From contig OZ024740.1 in NCBI GenBank assembly GCA_964016885.1, positions 43,276,001 through 43,340,000 of the forward strand: DNA of 64,000 nt, read 5' to 3'. The stretch comes from Eledone cirrhosa (lineage: Eukaryota). The notes under the pieces were generated by a model, which had not been told where the DNA came from, did no database searches, and saw only the letters and a program-made list of their open reading frames with translations. Shown piece by piece: positions 38,260 through 52,624 of the stretch. Each line of letters begins with the position of its first letter. Within the stretch, counting starts at the first letter, position 1. The translations under genes were made by a program, and so were the position numbers.

Positions 38260-41200
38260 AACGAGTAGGACCCCGACGGTTGAGCTCAGCCGTCGGGGTC
38301 CTACTCGTTCATATTACCCACTCTACTACCCTAAGTATTGAGTACTTTGGTGCGTTATGGTCCACCTGGTTTCTTACCACATTTCTTCCGTTATATATAT
38401 ATATATATATGTATATATATGTATATATACATATATATATGTGTATATATGCATATATATATATATATATGTATGTATATATATATATGTATATATTCAT
38501 ATATACATATATATATATACATATATATGATTGTATGTATAGTATTTTTGGCAACATAACGTATGTATAATTAAACACATTTTGAAGACCTTGCGCTATC
38601 ATTTTTAAAGTACTGACTATGTCACTTCTCTTTTCGGCAAAAGAAGGGAGAGAAACTGACAGATTCTGTTTCACGCTGTTGGCGATCCCAAGAGCATCAT
38701 ATGTATATATGTATGTGTATGTATGCATGCATGTATGTCTATGTCTGTATGTCTATGTCTGTATGTCTATGTATATGTATGTATGTATGTATGTATACAT
38801 GTATGTATTGTATTATGGCTTTATTGTGTTATAAATTTCTACGAATAGGGAGAGGGAGCCGGTTTTTTATATAGAAACAAGACGCTTTCATTTTAATTTA
38901 GACAACATCAACTAGTTCAAAACGTATATATGTCTGTGTTTGTGTGTATTTGCAAGTCTGCGTTTTATTGTATGTCCGGATCTGTATGTTTTGAGATTTA
39001 TGTTCTACACTTGCATATGTTTATGTATCTATACATGTTGTTTCATGCTGAAATTCTTGAAATGTTTCACGTAGTTTTACAGTTCCATTAAGTGACTGTA
39101 CATGGAATTCCCTAATTAACTGTGTCTTTCTTGTTCTGTGATTTGTTCTGAAGTTGTTAGTAACATATCACAGAACCCCAATGATCAGATGTATAAATCT
39201 AAAGGTTAGTCAGGATGCAGCATCTGAAAATTCTTCATTAGTTTAGCGTAAATATTCGAATATTAACAACCGTTTGGAAGCGAATTTCCGCTACGCTGCA
39301 TGCCTCCTTTCTTTGACCCATACCACTATGCCCGGTCTGTTATGTTTGTATTTTATTGGGTCTTTGGCTAGGACATTCCACCAATAGTGTATCCTATTGC
39401 GTATGCATGCATATGTGTATGAATATGTGTATATATGTATGTCTGTCAATCTATCTGTCTGTCTGTCTCTCTGCCTGTATGTCTGTCTGTTTGTCTGTCT
39501 GTCTGTATGCATGTATGAAAGGCCTCCCGGTTGTCACAAAACCTTCTAGGAGAGGGAATCTCTGAAAAAAAAACCCGTGGCGTCGGAAGCATCCGATGAT
39601 GTTGACCAGTTTTTCTTTTCGGGTAGTGAGTGGGATTAGTCTAGTGAAAGACCTTTTCTTACTTAAAAAACCTTCAAAGTACAGGTATTTCTTGTTCAGG
39701 ATATGTTACAGGTTCGTGTGGCTGGTCGTAGCCTAAATGTGCACCAAACTCTATAATCTGACAAGCGATTGCAATTATCTTAGCAGAGTTTGCAGCCATC
39801 ATGTATGTACGTATGCACCTTTTGTTAATGTATATCGATGCAATACATTGTAGATAAAACCTATAAAACCTTGTTTTCGACTGAAGTCTCATGTGATATC
39901 TGTTACGGCAGACATGCATAGTCTTTGCCTTCTTGCCATTTCTCAACAGCGATAATCCAGCTATTCGCTAGATGGAAGCATATGACTAATGACGTTGTTG
40001 GTAGGATAAAATAAAATAAGTTAAAATAAATTATGAAAAATAATTATATTTTAAAGTATATTTTATTTTGTCTTGTATTTTTAAATATGCAGCGGTCAGC
40101 TGAGCAAAGTTGCGCGATTTTCTTTAACCAATTTCTTGTTATTCCAAAGTATATATTTCAATTTTTTATTTGTTTCTATCTCTATGTACTGACTACACCT
40201 ACACCATTTCATCTATATTGACAGAAAACATTTGGCTGTCTTTTATTACCAAGACCAATAATTCACTAATGCTTTTGAATATATGATCTTTATGAAGACT
40301 GGTATTTGGTATTCATTAAGAAATTCAACGTTACAGAAATTATTTTTTAAATCATAGATTGATTGTAGATGGAAAAGGAATCTATGTGTAAATATGCATT
40401 CTAATGAGTGCAAACCAATAAAATCTCTTGACAAATAGTATAAATGCTTACAACTCATCAGCTTTATCAAGAAACGACTGATAAAGCTGCACTGACTTCA
40501 CCGAAATAAATGTTTATAATTTCTCTTCACACTTATACGATCAATACTATCAGTTCCATTAGTAGAGATATATCTCTTAGCTAACATCTCGAATGTTTAA
40601 CCTATTAAATGTTTATTCTATTTGCAATGTGTAAACAATTTAAGGGTTTACGCACAGTGAAATATGGTTGGAGCCTAAACCAAAAGACCATGGCTTGAAC
40701 GGGAATACCTTATTTTGTCCTAATATGAAAGGTACACTTGAAGCTGGAGTAATGTGGTGATTATAACCAATTAATTGCATTATAATATGTACTGGTCTGT
40801 TTATGTGAATTGGTATAGTGTGATTTCACGTGGCCACGTCCTTCTTGTGTTTTCATTTTCCTATAATGAGATAGCGAACGACGTCGCCTGTTTGCGCTTT
40901 CACTACATTTGTATAGAGGTATTGACAAACACTAACTGGGTGTTGCACATTCAATACAATATAATTATATAAACTCTCAATTCAATACATATCTTAATAA
41001 CAACAGGTAAATAACTTAGATCAATCATTCTTTTGATCACGCGAACGCTCGTCGAAAACACTTAGATACTTACTAACACTCGCTTATAAATGTTACGTTT
41101 ATCAAATAAATACAGTGGCTTGAATTAAACTTAGCATATATTTATTTTTCATTAACCATTTCTTATGGGTATGGGCTGTCTTTGACTCGGCCGATTTAGA

Positions 41201-42679
41201 TAGTCGTACGGGAAGCGATTTCAAAATCCAACAGATTCTATTTTTTCCCTCTAGGCTTGTCTGAACTAAAGTAAATTCAATTGATTTTAATAGTTTCCTC
41301 AATTGTTTTAATAGTTCCCTTTCGAATTTTGATTTATGTCCATTTATTAATTAGAAGTAAATTATATTATTCACAGTTTTGCTTCTCAATATTTTGAGTT
41401 CTATTCGAATCAATGTTGGTGCAGTTTTTATCTCACCATGTTTGATAAAATAACTGCTTTTAATAGAAACCTCTCGAATCAATAAGAATGTACCGGATTT
41501 TTGTTCGATGTACATATATATATGTACTACATTGAAAGAAATCGTAGTAAATATTTAATATTCATATCAGAACATATTCATGTAAAGTAATGTGTGTATG
41601 TAAGAAACTCAGTAATAATTGAGTTCAGTTATGAAATTTCCTTGTTGATTTTATTTGACATAGGCTTAAATAGTTCTCATTTAGACCAGACGTTACGAAC
41701 ATTTGAAATTTATGAGACATTTAGTGAAATAAATGAAGATCTTAAACCAGTATAACCCAATAGTGGATGGCTTTCTCCAAGAACTCCCATCGTCACACCG
41801 GGAGTATGCCAGGATGAAACAGATGAAGGGAAGAACACATATAGCAGAAACGAAACCCATACTCAATAGAAAATATGAATGGAGTAGTAACATGACCGCC
41901 AATCGACTAATGACAAAAGTATTACACAACAATTAAACGTCTTGAGCTGCCTCAAAGCAATACATAATTTTAAGTGACTGCAGAACAAACCTCTTAACTA
42001 CCATCATCTATATTTCATCGGAAAAGTATTTTAGGATATGAATTGTTATATCGAAGCTGAGCAGTTAATGTGTAAACTATTTACACATTTTTTGCAGCAG
42101 ATGATGTATTCTGTATCTATACAGAAGGTTGACACTTATTTATGTGAAATATTATCTCATCCATACTCCATAACCTCTAAACATACCCTTTAAATGAAAC
42201 ATGACATGCTAATGTGGTATTTATCAGTATAAAAGAGAATATTCATGTCAATTTATATGCAATACTGTCAAAAGAAAAGATATAAATTTACAACGGCAGC
42301 AGCAACTACTACTACTACTACTACTACTACTGCCACCGCCACTACCACCACCACCACCACGACCACCACCACTTCTACTACTACTACTACTACCAGTAGT
42401 AGTAGTAGTAGTAGTAGTAGGTATTTATTTATGTAAGATGCACAACAGCAACTACAATAATGTTAATTGTAGCTGCAATAAATTATAAAACGTTTCCTAT
42501 TGTTGCGGGGTGAACTTTTGACTTGTATTGAGGAGAAAACCTGTAACGTTATGGTAGTCTGCAATAAAGGTTATCTAGGATTGGTCAGATATTACAAGCA
42601 ATTAATAAATTGTTTATCCCTGCCGTTACATCCATACTTTCATTATGGGGCAAATATACATTGAAAGTTAATAAGTTAA

Positions 42680-42860
42680 TAATTGTTTCTACTTTAGGCA
42701 CAAGGCCAGCAATTATCCAGTGCATTACTGGTACTTTATTTTATCGACCCCGTAAGGATGAAAGGCAAAGTCAACCTCGGCGGGATTTGAACTCAGATCG
42801 TAAAGGGACGTAACTATGCTGGAAAGCATGGCGTCCGACCCTCTACCGATACTGCCAATA
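42680..42860 (-). mobile_element. tRNA-derived SINE (octopus-type); weaker copies at ~15440-15580 and ~52200-52620
   Basis: Minus strand ctgagttcaaatcccgccgaggttgactttgcctttcatcc..gggtcgataaaataaagtacc, recognised from memory of cephalopod SINEs. Confidence 0.65.
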
Positions 42861-43199
42861 AGTTAATAATGAATTTTTTCTTGTGTAAATAAGCACAATT
42901 TCTATATAATCGTATTAAAAGAATATTTATATTTAATTCGACTTTGTATTCTACCAATGATAAATGTTATATATATTTGAAATCAATATGTTTGAAAATT
43001 CATATCACGTCCTCTTAGATAAGTTAATGATGGAATTTATTTAACAGAACATTGATATGATTGCGACCATCCCAATCATTGAGAATGTGCAGTTAGTTAA
43101 CAAACGTATTGTTCATTGTTAATGTGTGAGACAATAGGCTGTCTTAACCATAAAACATACGTAGATATATGAGTATGAAACCAGCGATAATTATGTTTA

Positions 43200-43674
43200 T
43201 TAGCAGAAAAACCACACGGAGGGTGGTTTTTCTGCTAGCATGTGTAGTGTGTATATTGATATTATACGCAAATATACATGCATGTAAATATGATACATCA
43301 AATAAAATCGTAATTGACAATATACACAGAAATTGGAGAGAAGCTGTGTTACAGTGTCTTCTGTAATCGGTAATGTATCCACGATACATTTAAAAAAGAT
43401 GATATTATATATAAACTGCATTAGGAGAAAATTAGTGACGGAAATATATGGATGTTTATTTAAGCAATCGCTAACCGGAAGTGTTGATATTTTAAAGAAG
43501 TGAATCTTTAAATAAGCAATAAAATATATTTAATCAGGAGTTACAAAATTTAGCAGATAAATTATGTAATATTCATTAATTATTTATTCAAAGTAATCCA
43601 ACTTATTTTACTAACTGGATTAAAAGAAATAAACCGTACGCAGTCCCGCACTCCTTACTTTATTATAGTTTAGA
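43200..43674 (-). mobile_element. Non-autonomous Helitron (475 bp)
   Basis: A|TCTAAACTATAATAAAG 5' end; subterminal hairpin gcagaaaaaccacc..gtggtttttctg then CTAA|T; a related 3' hairpin with CTAG|T lies at ~51728-51766. Confidence 0.65.
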
Positions 43675-44922
43675 TTGGCCATTTGTACCATCGGTTATTA
43701 TTTGCGAACCATTTACTCTTTCGCCGATACAATCCCCCAACCAATAATTAAACATTTCTTTCGTCAATGAAATATTGGGTCGTTAAGTATGAAATGTGTA
43801 GTGATGCATATGGTCAACTTTGAAATTTGTAGTGATGCATATGTTCAACTTTGAAATTTCTACAAATTTCATATTTGACGACCAAATAGATTTATGTGCT
43901 AATCGCATTGACTTTACCTACCATTACACCGCAAATCAATTAAATACATATTTATATATTGCGTTTATTGATGCAGTTAGAAATAGTATCTAAACCTCCA
44001 TCGACTAGCGTCCAAGTATAGAAAACTTTTGATACTTCATTCTATCTAAACTGATAGGATAGTCTTTGTTGGGAATCCCTTGCTCGCAGATCATAACTTT
44101 TAAACTTTATCATCCCTCCTTCTACTAGCACTTAACTAAATCCCCCACCAGTGTGAATAACTAGTAATCGTTTGGTATATACTATGGCCAGCCGGCGGTG
44201 GCGGATTCCCGCTAACACACCCGACGCTTAAGACATTTACATTCCTGGAGTGCTCGGAAAAATAAATTTCCATTTCTTTCGCTAGACGATAATATTCGGA
44301 ATGGCTGACACGCCGTTGGGCCCCGGGCACGCCGGGGATCCGTAACGTCGCTGGTTATCGACCGCTAAACATGGGCTTAATATTTACTCTATATTCTACC
44401 CTGAAACTTTATCGTGATTATCTATAATACACTTACACTCTTTCATAAAAGCCTCCTCTGTAAATTCCGTTAACTTAATCTCATAACTTTAAACCTAAAC
44501 CTTACTTTTCTAATTTCATCTTAAATGGCATCTTCTAAACCTAAACATAAATTTAACGTTTCTAATTGTTAATCGTAATTTCTGTCCATACATTATACTA
44601 TGCAGACGCCCACTATATATTACTATATGTAACTTTGTTTAAGAGATATATGTTCTTTGAAATAATATTTTTCGCGGCACTTTCTAGCACGCATCACCAG
44701 CTTGATTGTAACCTGATCTCAACGCTGGGCTCTCTCTTTGATGGGGTAGTAGTAGTACATTATAAGCCTACACCCCTTCACCAGATGGACATAATTAGAC
44801 TTAATAATCACCATTTGAGGGCGGCCGACCAGGGTAGAAGCTGCTAAATATTCGGTCGCACTCATGTCTCTGATATTCAGCCCCATGGATTTTGTCTATT
44901 ATATTCCTTTGTTATATTTCAA

Positions 44923-44963
44923 ATACCTGATGATGTCACCGGTTATTGAAATGATCATAGTAT
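44923..44963 (+). ncRNA. Hammerhead-like motif at a PLE-type 3' end
   Basis: atac-CTGATGA-(poorly paired helix II)-GAAA-tgatca-TA-gtat, then AATAAA and (TA)n. Confidence 0.65.
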
Positions 44964-45005
44964 AATAAACCTTGAAGAATTACACCAGTCCAGCCTACTG
45001 TCATT

Positions 45006-45085
<80 letters not shown>

Positions 45086-45086
<1 letters not shown>

Positions 45087-45543
45087 CAGGTCTTTACCTG
45101 AAAATCCGCCTCTTCATTGCTGTAGTGGAGTCTGTGCTGCTGTACGGGTCTGAGACTTGGACACTGACCAAGAAACTCACTCAGATGGTGGATGGGTGCT
45201 ACTCGAGAATGCTGAAGATAGCTCTGAACATTAATCAGTATACACTGATGATGAAAAACTCAGAGCTGTATGGGAGCCTCCAAAAAGTCAGCTCAAAAGT
45301 GACACAGAGGAGATTGAGGTTAGCTGGACATGCTCAGCGACATCCAGAGTTGAAATTGCACTCGGTGCTCCTGTGGGAGCCCCTATATGGACACACTGGA
45401 AGAGGAAGACCAAGGTTAATGTATGTTGATGCCCTAAGGACAGACACTGTTCTGTTGGAGACGCAGGACATGGCAGCGATAATGAGGGACAGAGACCGCT
45501 GGAGAGAACCCGTCCATGGATCTCGGGAATTTTACCCGCCCTA

Positions 45544-45544
<1 letters not shown>
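45086..45544 (+). mobile_element. RTE-type LINE 3' fragment inside (TA)n
   Basis: VESVLLYGSETW, RRLRLAGH, GRGRPR and DRDRWR; open frame to stop. Confidence 0.8.
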
Positions 45545-45586
<42 letters not shown>

Positions 45587-45588
<2 letters not shown>

Positions 45589-46335
45589 TTAAAACAATGA
45601 AATAAAAAAATCAAGTTATTAGATATATACTTCACTGCTTTACGATCGTTTCTAGATGATGATAATACATTGTAGCTATACTCAGTTATTGATCTATGTA
45701 AGGTTAGTTACAAACTATCAAATAAAGCGAATATTTACTTACATGCATATCACCAGCTGTTTTCAAAAGTAATAATAATTTTATTTAATAAAGAAAAAAT
45801 CTCATATATCCCCAACACTACTATGGACCAAAATATAAAACCTAACAAAAACTACAAACACCAAAAAATACCATTGAAACATATACCTAAAGTGGTTATT
45901 CCTATCACACCAAACAACCGAAAAACCACAACAACTATTACTACACGATCTATGACCAATGCTATCAACCCACTTATGAATACCAAGCACTAAAAATCTC
46001 ATAATCTACCCAAAAATAACACCAAATACAACCAAGATAAATTACCAAATTACATAAATAAGGACACTAACCATAGGAATTCGTCTAGAACACAACACAA
46101 TAATATAAGTGGTAATAAGAACTTAACTAAAAACCGCAAAAGAAACATAACATGGTACAACGCACCCTTCAACCTGCAAACTATTGGACAAATCCCCCAA
46201 AAATTCTTTGAAATTCTACATAAATATTTTCCACCAAACCACAAATACCACAAAATATTTAACAAATATTCTGTTAAATTCTCATACTCTACATCAAGCA
46301 ATCTCCAACAAAAAATAAGCAACTACAACATTTAT
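45587..46335 (+). mobile_element. Truncated Naiad-type PLE: inverted terminal repeat (45587-45793) plus ORF fragment
   Basis: RKRNITWYNAPF...YFPPNHKYHKIFNKYSVKFSYS at 46132-46290. Confidence 0.7.
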
Positions 46336-46358
46336 AAACTTAATTTTTCTTCTACAAC

Positions 46359-48729
46359 ATGGATTATTACAACATAACCACTTCAACTAAAGACATTCCT
46401 ATACATGGTAAATCTGAATTCACCAAACTTCTGATTGAAAACACTGACTCCTTTATGAGAAGGCTTAGATGGATAGCTTTTTTCCACGACCAGCGCCAAA
46501 AAGGACATTTCTATACTAAGGAACATAACTTTCTTGATCATTTAACTCTAGAAGAAATCCTCCTTCCAACAAAAATCTAGTGCAGTTCGAGGAAGAATTA
46601 ACTAATATTATAAGAAATCTTAAATTCAAGAGAAACCCTTACAGAGGACAAGAGCACCTTGTAAATCTCAAGAATACGATTTTAAACCTTAATTCCTCTA
46701 ATAATGTCTTAGTCCACTCCGACAAAACTAATAAATTATATGGTGTATCTAGGGATAACTATAATAACCTTATCCTTAAGGAACTAAGGAAGAACTATCG
46801 TAAAACTAACCATAACAATTTGGAATCTATAAACTTTGAAGCTTCTGAGATTATGTCAAAACTTGGCATTGAAACAAAGATCGAACCAATCCTCCCAAGA
46901 ACTCCGTGGATAAATCTCAAGGATCATAAATGTAATTTTCGAACGGAACTACCTGTTAGACTAATCGCCCCCTCTAAATCAGATCTGAGGGTTGTTAGTA
47001 AAGCCATCTTGGATAGAATTATCCCACAGGTTCGTTCTAATTGCTCTATTTCTAACTTAAATTTATGGTTTGGTACATCTGAAGTAATTGGCTGGTTCAA
47101 CAACCTGAATAAGAAACACAAACAAAAATGTATTCAATTTGATATTGCCAGCTACTATTCTTCTATTTCGTCTTCACTTCTCAACAATGCTCTATCTTTC
47201 GCATTTAAATATTCTGACATCACCACAGATGAGCTTCACATCATTCTCACCGCAAGAAAAACCATCTTAGAATTCAACAATGAATACTGGACTAGAGCCG
47301 ATACTTCCAACAACTTTGATATCACAATGGGGGCTTCCGATTCATCGCAATTGACTGATTTGATTGGTATTTTTATTTTGAATTCTTTAAATCGGAAAAT
47401 TCCCCAACTTCGCGGTGGAATTTATCGTAACGATGGACTTTTTACTATCTTAAATTGCAATTTAGTTAACCTTAATATTATTAAGAAAAATATACATGAT
47501 CTCTTTAAGCAACATAACCTTAAAATCGAATTTGATAACAACGTTAAACTAGCTAACTTCTTGGATATATCCCTTAATCTTGACACTGGCTTATATTACC
47601 CTTACCATAAAAACAATGAGAATCTAAATTATGTTAATTTTAAATCTAACCACACCACTAACATTAAAAATGCTATAGTCAGTAATATTGGAAAAAGAAT
47701 ATCAAACCTATCCTCTAATAAAAATATCTTTGATGCTAACGCCAATTACTATAATAATGCGCTTTCTAAAGCCGGTTATCCTGATAAAATTAAATACAAT
47801 AAAGAAACCATTCCAATAACTTAAATAAAAGACCTAGATACAAAAATATAATCTGGTATAATGCTCGTTTCTCTATTTCTGTTAATAATAATATTCCTCA
47901 CCTATTCTTTAGGGCCTTAGATAAATGCTTCCCTCCCTCACATATCTATAGTAAAATCTTTAACAAACATACAATAACATTTTCCTATTCCACCTCTTCC
48001 AACATCTCTAACATTATAACTAAACACAACGATAAAATATTAACTATTAAATCACATTCTGCCAACACTGAGCGTCATAATAATAGCAGTAGTTCTCCCA
48101 TTGTAGTACTTCCATTGTTAACTCTAGGCTAGATTCTGCAAACTCAAATACGACGTCAAACGTAACTTCGTTGAATGTTCATAATGCGAATCTAAATCGG
48201 GAAACTATTATTCCTATCGTAAATAACTTCTCCAATCCAATTCCTCCTATAAATAACACTAGGTCACTTGTTAATAACTCTGTTAATTTCTCTAATCGCA
48301 ATTGTAATTGCCGTTAGAACTAAATGTCCTCTCAATAACCATTGTCTTGATAAAAACTTAGTCTATGAATGTAAGGTTATAACTGATGCCAATTCCTTTA
48401 CCTATTTCGGTTCCACTTCCACCTCCTTCAAAGCTAGATTTTATAATCACTATTCGTCTTTTAAATCCCAACTTAAAAGAACTAACACGGCACTCTCATA
48501 ACTCATATGGTCCTTGAAAGATAAAAATATTAACTATAACATCTCTTGGAGAAAGGTTTGTTCTGCCTCTCCCTACTTGAATGCCTCCCTACCTAGAACA
48601 TGTAATCTTTGCCTAGCTTAGAAATGTACCATTATATATAATTTCAATTCCATAATAAATAGGCGCACTGATTTATTTTCTCTCTGCTTGCATACATTCC
48701 ACAGAACATTACATAAAGTATACAGCTAA
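46359..48729 (+). pseudogene. Naiad-type PLE RT + GIY-YIG, disrupted
   Basis: STKDIPI, MRRLRWIAF, FDIASYY, FDITMGA, GIYRNDG (catalytic D to N), CNC..CPLNNHC, LVYECKV..YFGST, CNLC and CLH. Confidence 0.85.
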
Positions 48730-49892
48730 TATCTAATACCTTATTAGTTTAAAATCCTTTTTCGCAAAGGCTTATATATCTTTCAAAAATATACCCATCT
48801 TTCTACCTTATTTCAATATTATTTATTATATATTATATAATACAAGTTACTCATTCTATATCATTCCTCTTTATCACTTTCCTTTCTTCCTCTTTTCTTT
48901 TTAATTTCTAACCTCTAATCTCTACTTTTTCTTCCTAACTACTTCTCAATTCTTATTATTACTCACCACGACATTATCCATTCTTCCATCTTTCCTCATA
49001 TCATTGGCTATAAAAATTATTAATATTTTTTTAATACATTATATTATTACCTTTAATAGTCCTTCGTAAACATAAATATTTTTTTACGTTAGATTTTTCT
49101 TCCTTAAGTTCCTTATCTCATCCTTTCATGCTCGTTTGACTTTTACATATTACAATACATAAAAACAAACTTAAACCCTAACTAATTTCTTTTAATATAT
49201 TATATTATTACCATTAGAAAATATTTCGTAAACATATATATTTTTTGATGTTAAATATTTTCTTCCTTAAACATTCTTTACTTCTTTGCTTGCTGCGCTC
49301 ATTTTTAAACAAACAATTTACGTACACATATTACGCACACATATTACATTACATACAAACAAACTTAAACACTAACCAATTCCTCTAAATTCATAACTCA
49401 TTCATTCTTCTACTTCTTTTCACATTATATCCTTAATAACATTAATATTTTAGTTTTAATAATACATATTAATAATTTCGCTTCTACGCACATATTATTA
49501 AACCCTTCAATATACAAACCTTAATTTAATATTATTCTTAACCCCTTTTTCTCTCCATGCATAAACCTCATTAACTTTTAATTTTTAATTCTTTTAAATT
49601 ATCTATTATCTTTCAACGGCTTTTTAACTTCTCTCTATGAGACAATATATTTTTTTTTCTCAGTTGTAAAGGCTATCTCTCTCTATCGCCCATCTCTCCT
49701 CCTCTCTCATACTTCATTCTTATACTCCTCCCCCCACCACTCTTTACTCTCATATCCTCCTCTTACTTACCTTTTCCAACCCCCCCTCACTTTTTCCCAA
49801 TCTCATACATCAATCTTAAATTATTTTTCATATGTTGATTTAAAACTTCACTATTCACAAGTGTTTTTTAAGCTTCATATCATGTATCTCCA

Positions 49893-49959
49893 TTTTATCT
49901 GATGAAAACGCAGATATCATCCCATGATGAGATTTGTTTTTGAAATGCGCATAATAAAA
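49893..49959 (+). ncRNA. Hammerhead ribozyme at the 3' end of the second Naiad
   Basis: ttttat-CTGATGA-36 nt stem-GAAA-tgcgca-TA-ataaaa; ~35 nt before (TA)n. Confidence 0.8.
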
Positions 49960-50110
49960 TACTTGGAACTCTTTTAACCATCTTTTGATCCTATATTATA
50001 TATATATGTATATATATTTATGTATGTGTATATATGTGTATGTGTGTATGTATATATACTTATATATGTATGTGTGTATGTATATATACTTATATATATA
50101 TATATATATG

Positions 50111-50184
<74 letters not shown>

Positions 50185-51001
50185 TGTATGTGTATATGTA
50201 TGTATGTATATGTATGTATGTATGAGTGTGTGTGTATATATGTATATATATATATGTATATATGTGGGTATGTATGTGTATGTGTAGATATGTATGGATA
50301 TGTACGTATATGATTATATGCATTCGTGTAAATGTGTATTTAGGTTTGCATCTATTTGTGCGTATGTATATTTTTTGTTGGATATCAATATAACTGCATC
50401 TTCCGTATATGTAGTGTGGATATATGCACTTTGTAATCTACGAAATTTATGTGTTTTAACTATGCCAACAAGTGTTTATCTGAGTTTGATTATTTATGCA
50501 TAAACATACTTGAAAGTGTTTTAGAGCGTATCATATGCTATATTATACTAAATGTAATTTACCACACAGTACTATATTGGATTGGTTAAGTTGTATATTA
50601 TCGCATTAATGTATTTCATTATCTTATTATAATTTCCATCTTTTAATATACTATCTTTCCTAGCCATAACCTTAATTTATATTCACCTTAAAACTCAATA
50701 CAACACTAATCACCATTTATTTTGACATTCCTTTTAAATTTACTATACCAGATACATTTAACTATCAGTTTGACAATACCTTTCCTCCTCATAGATTTTT
50801 ATGCCAATTCTACTATTAACACCCTTCAACCATTCCTTTCAAAGGGTCATGACCTCAACTAAAGTGTATTAATTTTCATCTTAATACCATATGGAAAAAA
50901 CAATTTGATTCGTTAGTTCTTCAACTAACGCCAAATAAGGACATCATACTAACATACTACTAATTCTGAATAAAATTATTATTGAATAAAATTATTAGTA
51001 T

Positions 51002-51137
51002 TGCTTTTGAAAACAGCTGCTGATATGCATGTAAGTAAATACTCGCTTTATTTGATAGTTTGTATCTAACCTTACATAGATCAATAACTGAGTATAGCTA
51101 CAATGTATTATCATCATCTAGAAACGATCGTAAAGCA
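51002..51137 (+). ncRNA. Hammerhead ribozyme with U3-A8 core and 107-nt helix-II domain (inverted copy at ~45636-45771)
   Basis: tgctt-TTGAAAA-cagctgctgata...tatcatcatcta-GAAA-cgatcg-TA-aagca. Confidence 0.6.
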
Positions 51138-51196
51138 GTGAAGTATATCTCTAATGACTTGATTTTTTATTTCATTGATCATTATTTTGCTTTTCA

Positions 51197-51237
51197 TGCC
51201 CTTGATAAGCCCATTCAGGGCGAAACGTACGTAGGCG
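51197..51237 (+). ncRNA. Minimal hammerhead ribozyme with U3-A8 core
   Basis: tgcc(c)-TTGATAA-gccc attca gggc-GAAA-cgtacg-TA-ggcg. Confidence 0.75.
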
Positions 51238-51288
51238 CACTATTATATAAACATGTTTTAACGGTTTTAAACTTTTTGTATTCATTTC

Positions 51289-51369
<81 letters not shown>

Positions 51370-52624
51370 GAACACTGGAAGGTAATATCCGTTGTGGTAG
51401 AGCACTCAGTCCATGGGACGAGTTAGGTAGAAGGGGATAATGACCTGTACGAGCTGAAGAACGCTAAGGTGAAACAATTGTTCTCGGTATGGTGAACTAA
51501 CTGTTGTGTTACCACTTATATATACATATATATATATAGTACAGAATGTAATATGCATAAGTTCTTTGAAAACAGTCTCTAACAGAATGTTAAAAGGTTT
51601 AACTACAAGGTACACACCTTAAATTACACTTACGGTACTTACGGTACTTAGGATCTGTGATGATTTCGCATTTTTCATTTTTTCCGAACGAAGTAAAAAG
51701 AAGTTGAAATATATTTCAACTATACATGCTAGCAGAAAACCGCCCGTAGGCGGTTTTTCTGCTAGTATACTATAACATGTATAGTTTTGATATTATGAAC
51801 ACTTGGTAGAATCAATGTTGAAAGTAGTCTTCATTTGTTGGTGTAGACCATGATATGTTGTAAGGCCTGCATTGTTTTAATTGTTTGTTTTGCAATGTCT
51901 TAGTTCAGAAAAATATCCTAGCCGAAACGGTAGAGCGCCACACAAAATACATTACAGTAATTATCTCCAGGCTCATTTTATCTGAGTTCAGACGTTGCTG
52001 ATGTCAATTTTACCGTTAAAGGAACACATAGTTGTGGGATGCTCAGCAACAGATAAGTTAATTTCAAGAGCAGGCTGTTCGGTTGATCGAAACAACTCGA
52101 ACACTCCTCGTCGAAACCAACGAATATTCTCCCACTGCACGTATACGGAATATAAAATATTGTTAAACACAATCCTCACGCTAGGTTACTGAATGCAACA
52201 ATTGAATGAAAGATAAATGTCAAGGTTGATCTTGCTGGGAATTAAAATCAGCAAATAAAAAACCGGATGAAATTCTACAAAGCATTTTGTCCGACACTCT
52301 AAATAAAATCTTCCCTGCTCGGATTCATAACGGTTTTCTAATTTAGGTACAAGGCCCCATATTTATTGGAGTTGGGGAAGTCGATTAAATCGGTTCCAGT
52401 ACTTTACTGGTAATTTTTCTGATCGAATCTGGATAATTATAATCATTTGTGTGATTGGCACAAAGAGAAAGAGTTAGCCGATTGAAATGTCTCCAGTAGT
52501 TCATTGATAATTCCTTTTATTGATCTCGGAATGGTGAAAGCGAACGCAGAATATAAAATGTAACTACTTACAGTAATACATTTTGACCGATTTTCTAACG
52601 ATTCTGCTATTTACCACAACGATA

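Noticed and set aside
40480-40510. Short hairpin cagctttatca..tgataaagctg as a miRNA candidate
   Set aside because: The 11-bp stem is too short and there is no other support.
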